DNA from: Lama glama | Taxonomy: Eukaryota | Length of the DNA stretch: 64,000 nucleotides | NCBI GenBank assembly: GCA_028534125.1 | Contig: CM052817.1 | Span: 52,950,001-53,014,000, forward strand | Direction: 5' to 3' | In this document: positions 40,901-54,679 of the stretch, piece after piece | Layout: each line of letters opens with the position of its first letter | Position numbering within the stretch: position 1 is the first letter of the stretch | Position numbers and translations under genes: made by a program | The notes under the pieces: generated by a model | What the model was told of the DNA's origin: nothing | What the model saw: only the letters and a program-made list of their open reading frames with translations | Databases searched by the model: none

Positions 40901-41170
40901 ATTTTTTCCAAGTAAAAGTGTCTCCAGCAAATAGTTTTACTCAGTTCCCTCCTTAGGCCACTGTAAATTGAACTGGAAAATCCTATGGGTAAGCACACTG
41001 TTTAATCGTTTAGTTTGTCATATTGTTTAGCTACCTGGCTGGATGTTTTAAGAAATGGCTAGGCAACTGGTTGTTTTAAGTAATAGCTAGACTAGAGCAT
41101 ACAGAGAATTTTGTGCACAAAAATACGCCATTTCTGTACTTAATATTGTCACATTTATTGTTTTTCTAAT

Positions 41171-41685
41171 TGTGTTTTCTTAGAATCTGTGTGTGTCTTT
41201 TGGTCTCCATTAATCATAGGACCAAACTATCAGTCAAAGTGTTTACCTCTCTGCTGCAAGACAGCTTGCCTGGAACTGGCGTTTCCTGTGAGGACCTGCT
41301 GATTCTAGGCAATGCCCCATCCACCTTCTTATCTCATTTTTACACACAAAGTCAGTGTTTCCCCTGCCCTAAATCATTCCAGGGTCAGGTCCTAGAGACC
41401 GCCCCTGTAGCCCAGTGCTGGCTGGAATTATTCCAACTAGCCAGTCCTACGCTATATACTCTGCTGTTGCCTTTTCCTGCAGAAACTCCAGTCAAGGCCC
41501 TAGCTCACACTTTCGCCTCACTTCTGACTTCTGCCTCCTCACTGAAACCTGGTGTTTCCCATGTGGCCAAATGTGGAATGGCATGCTTCCTTCTGTAGGA
41601 AAATGCAAATAATACATTCTTTAAACAGCATTGGCCTCTGTATATCAGCACTCAGTGATAGCTTATAAATTCAGATCCTGGCACA
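41171..41685 (+). mobile_element. ERVL solo LTR (MER74/MER73/MER54 group)
   Basis: 'cccctgccctaaatcattccagggtcagg', 'gaattattccaactagccagtccta', 'cctggtgtttcccatgtggcc'; accounts for the 142-aa ORF. Confidence 0.75.
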
Positions 41686-41871
41686 GAAAAATCATCCCAC
41701 TGAGTTCATAACATCTGTGACACTATTAGTTCTTTATATCATTTGCATATGTCACTTTACTAGAATAAATAACAAAACAGGGATCTATTATTTAAAACAC
41801 TATCTATAATATAACTTCCACCCCTCACCCTAGAAAAGGTAGGCTACTGAGGGATATTAAGAAAATGGTGG

Positions 41872-42020
41872 GGGGATGGTATAGCTCAGTGGTAGAGCAA
41901 ATCCTTAGCATGCATAGATCCTGTGTTCAGTCCCCAGTAACTTCACTAAATAAATAAGTCAATAAATAAACAAACCTAGTTACCCCCCACAAAAGAAGTT
42001 AAAATCAAAAATTAAACAAA
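41872..42020 (+). mobile_element. tRNA-Ala-derived SINE, camelid vic-1-like
   Basis: ggggatggtatagctcagtggtagagc (A box), gttcagtccc (decayed B box), taaataaata..aaacctagttaccccc tail; degenerate TSD aagaaaatgg/aataaattgg (8/10). Confidence 0.85.
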
Positions 42021-44611
42021 AATAAATTGGACACCTGGACTGGTAGACATTTATTACTTAATGTTGTTTAATATCATTTATAAGAGTAGTAAATATCTCT
42101 CTGCTTCTACAAATACATTCTACTTTGGACAAATTCTATTTGTCTCAGTTTGAAATGAAAGGATTACACTTGAAATCAATCCCTGGAAATTTTTTTTAGC
42201 TTTAAATAGTATTATTTTAATTTTTCAAAATGTAATAATATTTATCTCTGATAAAGTGAGAAAAGCAATCTTTTATTCCACTAATAATCAGTGGGCTTGG
42301 ATTGGTTCATAGCATACATGAATAAGCAATGACCATGTAACAGTATGCTCATGTAGTTGAATAATAACTACATTTTGTGCCACATTTTTGAATTTTTCAA
42401 GTATTTTCCACTTAATTGCTCATCAGATACCCACACTAATTATTCTTGTATCTATTATGAAGGTCAATGAGGCTATTCTAAAAAGTAATTCTGTCCTTTT
42501 GGTAAGTGAAAACAAATATGCTTTGAGACACCTGTAAAAACAAACATGCTTTGAGATTAATAATGATTTCCTAAGCTTATACTTTTGTTAATTCCCCTGT
42601 AAATATTGTTAAAACAAGCAATGATATCAAAAACAAGCTTCAAAATGTTTTGCAGTTAGTTCTTTTCAAATAGTCATTTCTAGTTTGATTATACTCATGG
42701 GATAAGAAATTAATCAAAGTCTCCTTGGGACAGTTGGATATGTGGATATTATGTTTATATTCAGCATATTTTTAGAGATGTTTTAAGAGAAGAGTATTAC
42801 TACACTAAATGACTTAAATGCAGCTTAATGTGAACTAATTTTCTAGCAGTTATGCTAAGGTGAATCAGTGCCAAGCTACTTTTACATTTAATACCTTCTG
42901 GGACACTGGGATCTAACTTCCCAGTAGACCATCTTCTGAAGGACTGAAAATGTTGCAGTACTTTTTCTCTTCCTGGTGCAAAACAGAATTCCCAAACAAT
43001 GGTTTCCAAACAGCAGGAGGGTTTAATTAAAAAACTGAGTCAAGAAAACAAGTATCATTATAATAGCATCAAGAGAACAGGCTTTTTGAACTTTGGTTTA
43101 AAAATAAAATCCTGCCCTTAGATTCTGCAAATGGAAGTCAGAATATTTTCATAAATTTATATAAAATTATTCAAGACAAGATACATTAATGTAGTAGTAA
43201 ACCTTATAGCAATTATAATTCCATTCAAATTGTGACTGATAAATAAAATAAAGCAAAATCTTTTCCCCTGTTCCTACTGTTTTTAACTTGACCTCATGTT
43301 ATTATATTTACTTGGTAGAATAAATTTTTTCTACATTTTCAACATATATTTGAAGTGAACAGGTAAGAGCTAAAATTACTTTCTCTAGCTTAATATGTTA
43401 TGCCATCTCTGATATCTCTCATTCTTACTGAAGTATTTTTGAAATAACATGTGAATATTTAATAATACATTTGTATGAACTTTGTATAATACATCTGTAT
43501 TTTACCATCTCCTTCAAATTTAAATAATAAAATTCTGTAATCTAAAATACGTAGTTAATCTAAAATTTACTTTATTCTTAAATTTTAGCTGTCATTTTGA
43601 TCACTGTTTTAATGAGAGGATTTACAATTGACTTAATCTTTGTTTTGGGAATGATGGTCCTGATCTCTAATTCTATCAGTTTTGTTCCTCGTGTCAAAGT
43701 AAATTCACAGCATAAACAAACAGTAGTTACACATGTAGTACATAAAGAGATATTGACTGCCCTAACTTTCTTTTTGGTTACTGTCAATGACTAAGTTAAG
43801 ATGAGGGATACACAACGTTAAAATCGATTTTATTCAGGTCATTGGACATTCAGCTCAGCATGATTTTTCAATTTTATAAACAGTAGGAGACTCTACAAGA
43901 CATAATGAGGTAAAATAGAATCATGAAATTTCTAGCAGTGTTATTTTCTTTTTCTTTAGCCATTCAGGTTCAAAATTTAATGCTCTTAAAAATCAAAGGT
44001 AGATGAAAATTCCCAAGTAACTATGATTAATGTATGTGTCATACATACACAGTTAATACCCAAGTTTTTATCCTCTCAAGAAATATAATAACATTGAGAA
44101 ATAACAAGTAAATTTATAAATAAAAAATAGATTGCATACTTTTTCCAAATATTTAAACAAATTTGATTTATTCACTGGAGTCAATTTTAAAATAAAATAC
44201 AATTCTGTTTAGAGATACTGACTAAGAATATTTTTCAAATCTTTGTGGAGATAGTCACCTAGGACTATCACCGAACATATCTAAAAGGCTGACCATTCCC
44301 TAGATATACATGCAGTGTTTCACTTACCTAGTTACATGCCTCTAACCTGCTCTTATTCATACTGTTCTGTATACATCTTTTAAAATACCAGTTTGCTATC
44401 ACATGTGGCATAAATTTTTTTCTAGCTTTTAAACTCCTATCTAGTCTTCAGATTTCAACACAAATTCAATTTTTACTGTGAAAATATATAAAATACATTA
44501 TATTATATATAATATATAATGCTTACATTAAATTATTTTTATTATGTGGATTATTACTGCATACTAGTCTGTACATTCTTTGAAAGTGAACATGTCTTTC
44601 AACTCTATTAT

Positions 44612-44952
44612 CTAGAAGTGTTGGCCAACAGAAATAAAACATGAATTGCAAATGTAAGCCAAATATATAATTTTACACTTTTAAAGGAATCACATTAAGT
44701 AAGGTCCAAAAAAAGCTGACTTAATTTTAATAATGTATTTTGCTTAACTTCATCCAAAATATTATAGTTTCAACATGTAATCAAAATAAAATATCAGCAA
44801 AATATTTTAAAATGTTTCCTAACTGTAATCTAAGAATTAAATCTGTTGTTTATTTTGCTCATACAAAACATGTCAATTCCACTGGCCACATTCAAAGTGC
44901 TTGAATTGCCTTATATGCCTATGCCTGGTAGACACCAAATTGGGCAGTATAT
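44612..44952. mobile_element. MER33-like hAT-Charlie MITE
   Basis: 'ccaacagaaata...tttaataatgtatttt...atccaaaatattatagtttcaacatgtaatcaa...ggccacattcaaagtgct...ttgggcag'. Confidence 0.75.
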
Positions 44953-46028
44953 ATGGATCAGAATGATATTTGAACATAGCAGATGCTTGTTAAATTGATG
45001 GATATTTGCGCATGGTTATGTGTGTGTATACACATATATATGAAATAAAATAAGATGTTAGAAAACATGGTACAATGATACAGTAAACAAATGCACTCAA
45101 ATTAATGGCCATAAAAGGAAATTGTATTAGGAAAAGAAACAACATGATTCTATAGCTAGATATACAGAATAGATAATTAAAGAGACATGAAAGCAAAGAA
45201 TAAAATCTAAGAAGTGAGAATAAAATTATTCAATAATATAATATTTCACTTTTTATAACACAGTGTTTAATATGCAGCTGGCTTATAGATGACTTTTATC
45301 TTTTCAAATAAAAGTATATATAAAATTTTTGGTGGTGGATATATTTATATTCACAGCAGAAAAATGAAACAGTAGATCTTATAAAGCAGAGGTGGCCAGA
45401 TCATGGATTTTTATCCAATTAATTATTTCAGCTCTCTGAATTTTTTAAAGAAAAATTAATGCCAGTGATTGGAAAGTCATTAAAGCTACCTTGAGTTTAT
45501 TATAAGAAGATATACTTCACAGATCCAAGGAAACACTGACCTAGTAATCAAGTGAGGAAACCAAGACCCTTCCAGAATTCCCATCCATAGAATCTTAACT
45601 ACATCTATCATCATTCTTATTAGTAATTAGATACATTTCATAGGACAGTTTGTTTTCTGTTCATCAATAAACTGGCTCAGTCTCTCTGTTCCAGTTTCAA
45701 ATACTTAGAAGATACAATCTGATTGAAGATTGAATCTGCTTATTCAATTATTATGACTAGGAGAGTAAGGTTGATCACATGATACATAGAACTATCCTCT
45801 TCAGTGATTGTTAAGTAAATTCTCTCAGGAGAAATAAAGCAATGGAATGGCATCTGTTGCAAACCTATCATATATTACAATATTATTTTCCTTATGTAAC
45901 AGCCATCATGTATTTTGTTATCATATATTTTTCCCATTCTTTCTCCCTGACAAATATTTTAAAATAAGCAAGCTTTATTTTAATAAGTAACTTATTTTTT
46001 GTGAATATCAAGCAATACTTGCTTCTTT

Positions 46029-46198
46029 CTTACTTTGCTAAATGGGCAAGTTTTTAATACATGCTTTAAATTGCATTAATAATATATTTATTAATTATTA
46101 TTATTAATTAAATAAATATAATTTAGTTATATTATTAATGATATAATTATTAATTATTAAGGCAATTTAAAGTATGTGTTGCCTATTAAGATAGTAAG
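46029..46198. repeat. Imperfect inverted repeat around an almost pure A/T spacer
   Basis: 46056-46083 versus the reverse complement of 46153-46180 match 25/28; outer arms extend with gaps. Confidence 0.8.
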
Positions 46199-48203
46199 TA
46201 CATAGACAATGGGTAGGTCTACTCCTGACATATGCCTGAATACTAATATGATGCTATCTCAAAAAATATTCCTCAGACAAGAGTCCTTATAAAGTTTCTT
46301 ATAATATAAAGTGCTCTCAAAATTAATGCATTGAAAACAGTGAAGTTCTATTCGAGGGAGGTGCAATAGACGTTTTAGATCTCAGTCATTTCTAGCATTG
46401 ATTGATTATACAAAACACTTAGAATTGATTTTATTTTAAAAGGTGCTGATTTATAACAAATTCAGTAGTTATTCAAAATAATATGAACATGAAATTGCAG
46501 GAATTGAGTTTTATTACCAATCATTACTGAAAGCAATACAAATATGCTTAAAGTATAGTTAAATACCACCAGAACAAGTGGAAGGGTATCTGCCAAAATT
46601 TTATGCAAATGTCTGCTTGTGGGATTAAATTCTTATTTTCCAAAAAAAAAATCTATCTCAAATAATTATCCCAACATGAATATGATGTACTGTAGAAAAA
46701 TCATCATATTTCTCAACTCCAAAGAATCTCTAATGATGACAAAACCACAAATGTCAGAGATGCATATTAGGAATTTTAACTAAAAACATTACATGAATGA
46801 GAGAATAAATAAAAATATCTCAGAGTAAATATATATTTTAAAGTGTATTTAGAGCATGTACACATAAATTAGTATGCTTGATGTTTTAAGGACATATTTG
46901 ATTATTTTCATCTATGTGTCTAACATTTTATGTTGTCCAAATATCCCCTCCAAGAAAAATATATTTTAAAATACTTTATTGTTAGAATAGGTTGCTGCAT
47001 ATTAGTCAGAACTGTTTTAAATGTGTGCCAAAGAAACTACCTTATGTTTTAAATATGTGCACATGAAACAAGTGTATAAGTTACAGTTTGAAATAGAAAA
47101 CAACAAAAAAAGTATGACTTGTTCAAAGAAAGAAAATTCATGAATTTAGTTAAAATGATGAAAAATCAAACAAGAGTTTCTGAATAAAGCATAAATCTGA
47201 GGGCAAAAAAAGAAAAATAAAAAAGGAGGCAAGTACATGATGGAATCTAGAATCGTGGGAGAGATATATCCATTGCTGGAGATAGATACTGTTCAAAGTA
47301 GAAAGTGTGAGAAATGTACCTTGGCTTTTCGCTTCTTCAGGCCTTGCTGTCCAGTTTTATTCCAGTTATCGCTCGTTGTCCAAATTCAACCTGTGACTAC
47401 ACATGTGGGTGGACGGGGAAGGCTGAGGCCAACAGTATACTCTATGAAACAGAGCCTAACAGAAGAAAGATGAGTAATGTATCTTAGGACGAACAGATCA
47501 AAGATGAGCAAATCTATACAATACTTGATATGTATTTTATTTTAAAAAATGAAAATAGTAACCAACATGCCTCATAAGAATAAAAGAAAGCAGAATTTAT
47601 TTCAGGTTAGAGGAAGAACTATGCAAGAAACCATTGATGATTGTCTTGTTTCTCATTTTCCATGAAATTATCCATGATGATATATGAAACATTTTTTGAA
47701 AATGCAATCATAATATCTGAAAAATTTTAAAAAATATTTTGGAAGGATATGGAATTAATTTATATTAAACAGAAATTGGATATTGCTTGTTGGGAAGAAG
47801 AAACTCCATAAACCTGCTAGTCACTAACTCACGTAGGGGAATAACTCAAATACTACCAGCTGCCTACAATGATTGTTCTTTCCCTACGGATTCTGTTCTA
47901 AAGAAGGAATGGGAGTTCCTAGGCAAAAAATAGAAGAGATGTGTTTCATAACTACAAATATTATAGCATAACTTTTATTACATTCCACAATATTTTTTAT
48001 AGTCTCAATTTCAGTTTGATCCAGGTACTAGGGAGCCACTGCTTGGATTAACAGATATTTAAGAGGAACTCTCAATTGTCTAGAGAGTAGGAAATAAAGT
48101 TGAAACATTATACTTCATAGATTAATCCAAGAAAACAGGCATTCAGTAAAAATTGCAGTGCTGTTACATACATAGAAAGTGGAAGAAAAGATAAAATGGG
48201 AAC

Positions 48204-48678
48204 TGTGGTGGGTAGGATAATGACTCTCCAAAGTTGTCTTTGTCATAATGACTTAACTCTGATGTCTTAATCCCTGAAACTTTCAAATATCTTACCTTGT
48301 GTGTAGATGTGATTAACTATATTGTGGTAGGTAGAACATTCTAAGTTATGCAGGTAGGACCAATCTAACATATCAATTCTTAAAATCAGAAATTCTTTCC
48401 TAGCTATGGGCAAAAAGAGACATTAACTGTGGAAGAAGAGTCAGAGAGATGTGATGTTGCTGATTTGAATATGGGTAAAGAGCTTCATGAGGCAAGGAAG
48501 GAGGCAGCCTCTGAAAGTTAGAAAAGGCAAGAAAGTGAATTCCACCCTAGAGCCTCCAAAAAAGGAACCTTATGAGACTCGCGTTGGACTTCTACAGAAC
48601 TACATGGTAATAATATGTGAGGTTTTAAGCCGCTGAATTTTTGCTAGTGCGTTATAACAGGAATAGAAAACTAAGACA
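48204..48678 (+). mobile_element. MLT1D-like solo LTR, full length, inside an L2 remnant
   Basis: Start 'tgtggtgggtaggataatg', internal 'gaaaaggcaagaaagtgaattccaccctagagcctcca', end 'gaatagaaaactaagaca'. Confidence 0.85.
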
Positions 48679-49660
48679 AGAAGATACTGGGGGAAAGAAA
48701 AAGAAGAAAACTTTGTCTCCTGTGTAGGGGGATAAGGCAAAGTTTTATTAAGAAGATGATATTAAATCTTCTTTTTAAAAAAGAGAATAGAAATTAGCTT
48801 GGCACATAAGAAATTATTGCCCCAGGCAGAAAATACAATGTAAGTGAAGGCAAACAGGTGAGGTTCTTGGTAAAGTTTAAATATAGAAGGCGAAGGGTAA
48901 TTACTGAAAGTAATTTCTGAAGCTACAGGAATGACTGGTGATGGGACACAAACTCTAGATATGACAGCCTGGATTTTCCTAGGGCAGTGGATAATCAGTA
49001 GATGAGTGGCATGAATAAAATGTCATTTCTGAGAAATCACTAAATTCTAATGTGGTAATAGATGGAATGGGGATATGCAGGAAGCCATTTAGGATGACGC
49101 TGATGTAAGAGCAAAGTATGGAGTGTCATAGACTAAAGACAGTTATGGTAGGAAAGAGGAAAACTGAGGAAGTAGAGACATGTAGGAGAAAGAGTTAACA
49201 AACCATGGCATGGTAACTGAGTGAAGTTGGTTTAAGGGACAAAAAAATAATCAAATGCAAACTCCAGGTGTCTGGATAAAGAAGCTGAGCATAGTTCAGC
49301 CTCACTCACTGAGGCTGGGAACACGTGAGGAAGTAAGTGGAAGGGAGAAAGTGAGTTTATTTTTGGACATGTTGTATTTGAGATTCCTGCTCAATATCTA
49401 ACTATATCTTTTAGTAAACTGTTTCATATATGTTTTAAATACACAAAAAAATTCTTTGATTGGGTATTTATATCTTAGAATTATGTTATTTATATTGTCA
49501 TGATGCATGGATATCAAATGAAGCCAAGGAGTGGATATCAAGTCCAAAGAAAAAACGTTCTGAATTATATACCTAAGAAATACCAATTTTAATAGCCAGA
49601 CTGTAGAGAAAAATCCAACTAAAATATTTCTAGAGAGGGAAGATGAAGTCAGGAAAGTAT
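48679..49660 (-). mobile_element. LINE-2 remnant
   Basis: 'gagtttatttttggacatgttgtatttgagattcct' and similar purine-rich L2 blocks; probably continues left of the MLT1D to ~48000. Confidence 0.55.
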
Positions 49661-50029
49661 TATTAGCTTGTGCAAAGAACAGAAACCCAAGAAATCCAGC
49701 TCAAATAAAGGAGAAGGGGGCATCATAAAGATCTACTATTCCATCTCAAGTCACACTTCAAAAATAAATTTTTATATTTTTAGTTGACCTGTTCTGAATT
49801 GTATAGTCTTTTATGATCAATAGGTAGATATAGTTGAATAATGTTTAACAGTTGATTGTGACGCTATTATAAGGACTTATTTTACAAGTGGCAGTTATTT
49901 TTCTTTTATTTGAATAAGGTACCTCTTTGAGTCTCAGTTGTCATTCCTAAGCCCAGAGAAGAAATATTTGATTCTAATGATACTTTCAACTTTAGTTCTA
50001 ACAACCAGACTTACAGAAAGAGTGAATGA

Positions 50030-50175
50030 AATCAGAATAGGACTGGGGACAGATGGAATTGATTGAATACTAAGAAGCATGAAGGCATTGTTTAGGGTGA
50101 TGAAATGTTCTGTATCTTAATTTTGGAGGTAGTTATGCAACTCTGTACAAACTCATAGAACTATATGGCTAATTA
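50030..50175 (+). mobile_element. Old L1 (L1MC/ME) 3' end
   Basis: 'gcatgaaggcattgtttagggtgatgaaatgttctgtatcttaattt...aaactcatagaacta'. Confidence 0.65.
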
Positions 50176-50677
50176 CATCACCTTTTGGCAAAATCTGAAC
50201 AAACTGTAATGACAAACAAGCTTACTAAGATATAGGTGTGCCTAACAGTGCTCATATAATATTTATTCAATAAATGCATTAACATATTACCAAAAGAGAT
50301 TAGCAGTGTAATGAACTCATACTCTGAATATTTTAAGAAATACTAGTCTTTTTTTTTAATGAGTGAGCTAGTAAAAATTTAATGACTAATGAGTAAATTG
50401 CTAAATACATTTCTCGTATGTTGGTGGTATGTAAGCTATTAATTGATTTAGTTGAGTTGTCATTTGGTAATTCGAATCCTAACTTCATCTTTCCAACTTT
50501 AAGCTATATAGTTGATTTGGGTGAATGAGTTTTGAAATGAATCACAGTGAAAGATTTTTAAATGCATATTCATAGTTGTATAATGTTTTTTCCTATTTCC
50601 ATTTGTAGAAGTCTTTTTACACTAAAAAATTAGAAAATATAATGACAGATTTTACCTAAACATGACAGTCCATAATA

Positions 50678-51183
50678 CAGATGGGCCCCAATTTATGATG
50701 GTTTACTAACAATTTTTCAACCTAAGGATGGTATGAAAGCAATATTCATTCAATAGAAACTGTTCTTCAAATTTTGAATTTAGATCTTTCACTGGGCTAG
50801 CAATAGGCAGTGCATACATTCGAGTGATGCTGGGCAGTGGCAGGGGCCACAGCTCCACGTCAGCCACGTAATCTTGAGGTCAAACAAGTGATACACTCAC
50901 AACCACCCTCTACCCATACAGCCATTCTGTTTTTTGCTTTCAGTACAGTATTCAGTAATTACATGAGATGTTCAACATTTTATTACTATAAAATGGACTT
51001 TGTGTTAGATGATTTTGCCCGATTGTAGGCTAGTCTAACTCTTCTGAGCACGTTTAAAGTAGGCTAAGCTAAGCTGTGATGTTCAGTAGATTAGGTGTAT
51101 TAAATGCATTTTTGACTTACAATATTTTCAACTTATGATGGATTTATCAGGACATAACCACATCCTATGTTGACAAATATCTG
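50678..51183 (-). mobile_element. TcMar-Tigger non-autonomous element (MER47/Tigger5-like), 506 bp
   Basis: TA|CAGAT...ATCTG|TA termini with both TA target duplications; internal 'agcacgtttaaagtaggctaagctaagct...ttaggtgtattaaatgcattt'. Confidence 0.88.
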
Positions 51184-51785
51184 TATATTTACAACAAAGT
51201 ATATTATATAATATTAACCCAAATTATATAAATTTAATTACAAACTTAGATTTGAAATAACTTTACAATATAAAATATGTCATAATTATATACACATTTT
51301 ACTGTTTAATTATAATACACTATCTGAAAATTTCTCTTTGATTTGATCAGTTATTAAAAAGGAATGCTTTCCACATTGATTCTCATAATAGTTATATACA
51401 TAGTTAAACACACATGCACACACAGACACACAAATTAATCACTATCACATTACTATTTTTCCCATTTAATACGTTGGGTATAGTCATAGTTATTTATTAT
51501 TTATAATCAGTTCTAACTGATTACTTATGATTTGTTATAAATAGCCAGTAGTCCCTCAGAAACAGATTGCTTATGATTTGGATATAAATATCTGTGTTTT
51601 TCGAGATGACTAAGAAAAAAATATTAAAGGCTTTATATTCCAGTGTAGTTTGTTTCAGGTCAGTTGTTTACCAACATGGTGGTGAGGATCAAGATATGTA
51701 TATTACAGAATAAACGGAGTATGTAATTTGCATTTATCTATCCAGTAATGCCTCTATATTTAAATTTTGTGTAAATTTTCAGTCT

Positions 51786-52130
51786 AATTTATTTATTTAT
51801 TCTGTTTTAAATATACAATTTAATGAATTTTAGTATATTTACCAAGCTATACAACTAACACCAAAATCTGATTTTATAACATTGCCGTCATCCTAAATAG
51901 AAACCTTATACTGTCATTCCCCTTTCCCATCCCCAGCTTTGAGCAACAACTAATGTAGTTTCTGTTGTCTGTAGTTTCAAATTATTTGCTGTTTTCTGTA
52001 TGTTTATAAATGGGATCATACAATCTGTATGCCTTCTTTCACTGAACATGATGCTTTTGAAGGTTATTTGTATTATAGCTTTTATCAGTATTTTATTTTT
52101 TTTATTACCAAGTAGTAACCCTTATATTGA
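51786..52130 (-). mobile_element. L1MB-like 3' end
   Basis: T-rich tail followed by 'tatacaatttaatgaattttagtatatttacca...ttttataacatt...ataaatgggatcatacaat'. Confidence 0.75.
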
Positions 52131-52986
52131 TCTTTGCCTCCCATATATTTTGTTTACTTTTACTCCCAGAAATCCGTGGCTTTTAGATATTTTCACAATC
52201 TGATTTCTAATGACTTAATTCATGCTCATGTCTTTCTGTTTTATACTTCTGTTAAGGATAATACCCACTATAGAAAATTGCCTTTACCATACCTTGGTTA
52301 GCTGAACTAGCACTCATCTAGTCTCTGAAAGATTTATTGTCTTACACTTACTTTAGCACTTTATTGACTATATATTATTAATTTTAGTTTTGCCTCCTAC
52401 TCCCTACCCAGTGAACTAAATGTAAGTTATTTGAGCATAGGATACCTCTATACCCCCAGCATTTTGAATCTTTTCTAGTGTGATAATTGATGCTTAATCC
52501 ATATATAATAAATAATAAATAAATAAATAACCAACCTTAGTAGTTTATGAATTTTAGTTCTTTGGAGCTTTAAATCATGCTTCTTTATAAAGTATCTTGA
52601 CTATATGACTCATGTATTCACACACACTAAAGCAGAAGATCAGAGGTTAAAACTTCAGACAGTTTATGATTTGGGGGTTATTTGAAGATTTGTTTATGAA
52701 CTGCAGTTAATTATGAGGAACATATTTTCCAAAAGTAACTTGTTGAGAGTTTTCCTTTATGGCCATTCAGTAGTGAAATAGCAGGTTAAAGATAATTTTA
52801 TTTATCATAATATCATATTTATAATTTAATTCTGTAATATGTTTATTTTCCATGTAATGTGTTTAACATAAACATTTCAGTTAAAATCTCATCTTCATAT
52901 CATTAAAATTTATGTTGTATAGTATATGTAACATACTTGTGATTGAAAATTGATGTAGATATATATATTTGCATGAGTATACATTT

Positions 52987-53486
52987 NNNNNNNNNNNNNN
53001 NNNNNNNNNNNNNNNNNNNNNNNNNNNNNNNNNNNNNNNNNNNNNNNNNNNNNNNNNNNNNNNNNNNNNNNNNNNNNNNNNNNNNNNNNNNNNNNNNNNN
53101 NNNNNNNNNNNNNNNNNNNNNNNNNNNNNNNNNNNNNNNNNNNNNNNNNNNNNNNNNNNNNNNNNNNNNNNNNNNNNNNNNNNNNNNNNNNNNNNNNNNN
53201 NNNNNNNNNNNNNNNNNNNNNNNNNNNNNNNNNNNNNNNNNNNNNNNNNNNNNNNNNNNNNNNNNNNNNNNNNNNNNNNNNNNNNNNNNNNNNNNNNNNN
53301 NNNNNNNNNNNNNNNNNNNNNNNNNNNNNNNNNNNNNNNNNNNNNNNNNNNNNNNNNNNNNNNNNNNNNNNNNNNNNNNNNNNNNNNNNNNNNNNNNNNN
53401 NNNNNNNNNNNNNNNNNNNNNNNNNNNNNNNNNNNNNNNNNNNNNNNNNNNNNNNNNNNNNNNNNNNNNNNNNNNNNNNNNNNNNN
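52987..53486. other. Assembly gap (500 N)
   Basis: N run. Confidence 1.
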
Positions 53487-54679
53487 TCTGACACAGACTC
53501 ATCTCATCTCAACCCTAATAGTACCTGTTTACTCAAGAATTGTCAATAGTGATATTGATATATATCAATAATTGTATACCATATTGATAGATAAGAAAAT
53601 GTTTCTAATATTATTAAATAAATATTAGTCTTCAATAGTGAGTTGGTGAAGTAATGAATGTTACGATTGCAAAACATTTTTGAAAATAAGTATGATAAAC
53701 TGGAATTTTTTAAAAGAACAATGAAAAAGATACAAGCACCAAAAAGAAACAAATGATGCATTAAAATATGTACCTCTTAATTTTTGAATTATTTATTTCA
53801 TATTTTTGCATTTATTAATATATCAGTTTCTAAATTATTTATATACATTTAGAATAATGAACATAATCAGGCATAAATACACTTAATATACCTCATGATA
53901 AATAAACCTGATTTTTATATATCAAATAATGTAAAGTCAAGTACAATTCTGAATTCCTTAAAAGCATGAATAATTGCTCAGGGGTTGCATCAAAAATAAG
54001 TGGTATAAATACATTTACAGAGTATATCTTCATCAGTTGATAAATAATGATAAAGCAATAAGGCATAATAAACATCCACAAAATAAAGGAATTCAGTGAT
54101 TGTCTGCCACATAATGTAAATGCCATGGCATTCTGTTACATTAGAGAGATATAACTGTTATTCCAGTTGCTATTCCAAAGTCTAAATCAAAGATTTTCTA
54201 TGATGATGATAAAGTCCTTTGAGAAGTCCTTAAATGCCACTTACAAACTTTGAAATCCATCATTTTCTGTAACAAACTTTTTCTAAACATTTCGAAAAAT
54301 AAAAAGGAAAATTTGCAATTAGAATTGAAGTCTGAAATTTGCTATAACTAATATTGTTTACTTATCTATGAATCTAAAGTTTTTCATAGTTTTTTAAGAA
54401 ACTTATTGTCTCCCCTGTTTTGTTTGGAACATCTTGTCACTGCAATTATATTTCAGTATTGTGAGCAAAGTGTCAAATGTCTCTATAATTATTGCCAAAT
54501 AAAAATACTCAAATCTCTTTTATTGTCATAAGTATATACACAGTTGTTAAAATAACAGCCCTTAAAAAATGTAAGTTTTTAGCAATCCATCACAAATTGT
54601 TGATAACAAGTAATTTTAAAGGACTACAGAAGGAACATTTTTAAACGTATGAATTTGCAATTATAATTTCAAACTGATG

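Noticed and set aside
41170..41598. 142-aa ORF as a host gene
   Set aside because: Lies within a MER74-like LTR, has a non-ATG start and no recognisable domain.
41872..41945. Functional tRNA-Ala gene
   Set aside because: Mutated B box and stems, plus a SINE tail and TSD.
43578..43794. Antiparallel 65-aa and 69-aa ORFs
   Set aside because: Short, with no splice context or homology, and of a length expected by chance.
44248..44273. Small hairpin ggagatagtc/gactatcacc
   Set aside because: A 9/10 stem is within chance expectation for 64 kb.
52903..53571. Four 182-200 aa ORFs
   Set aside because: Artefacts of the second N gap.
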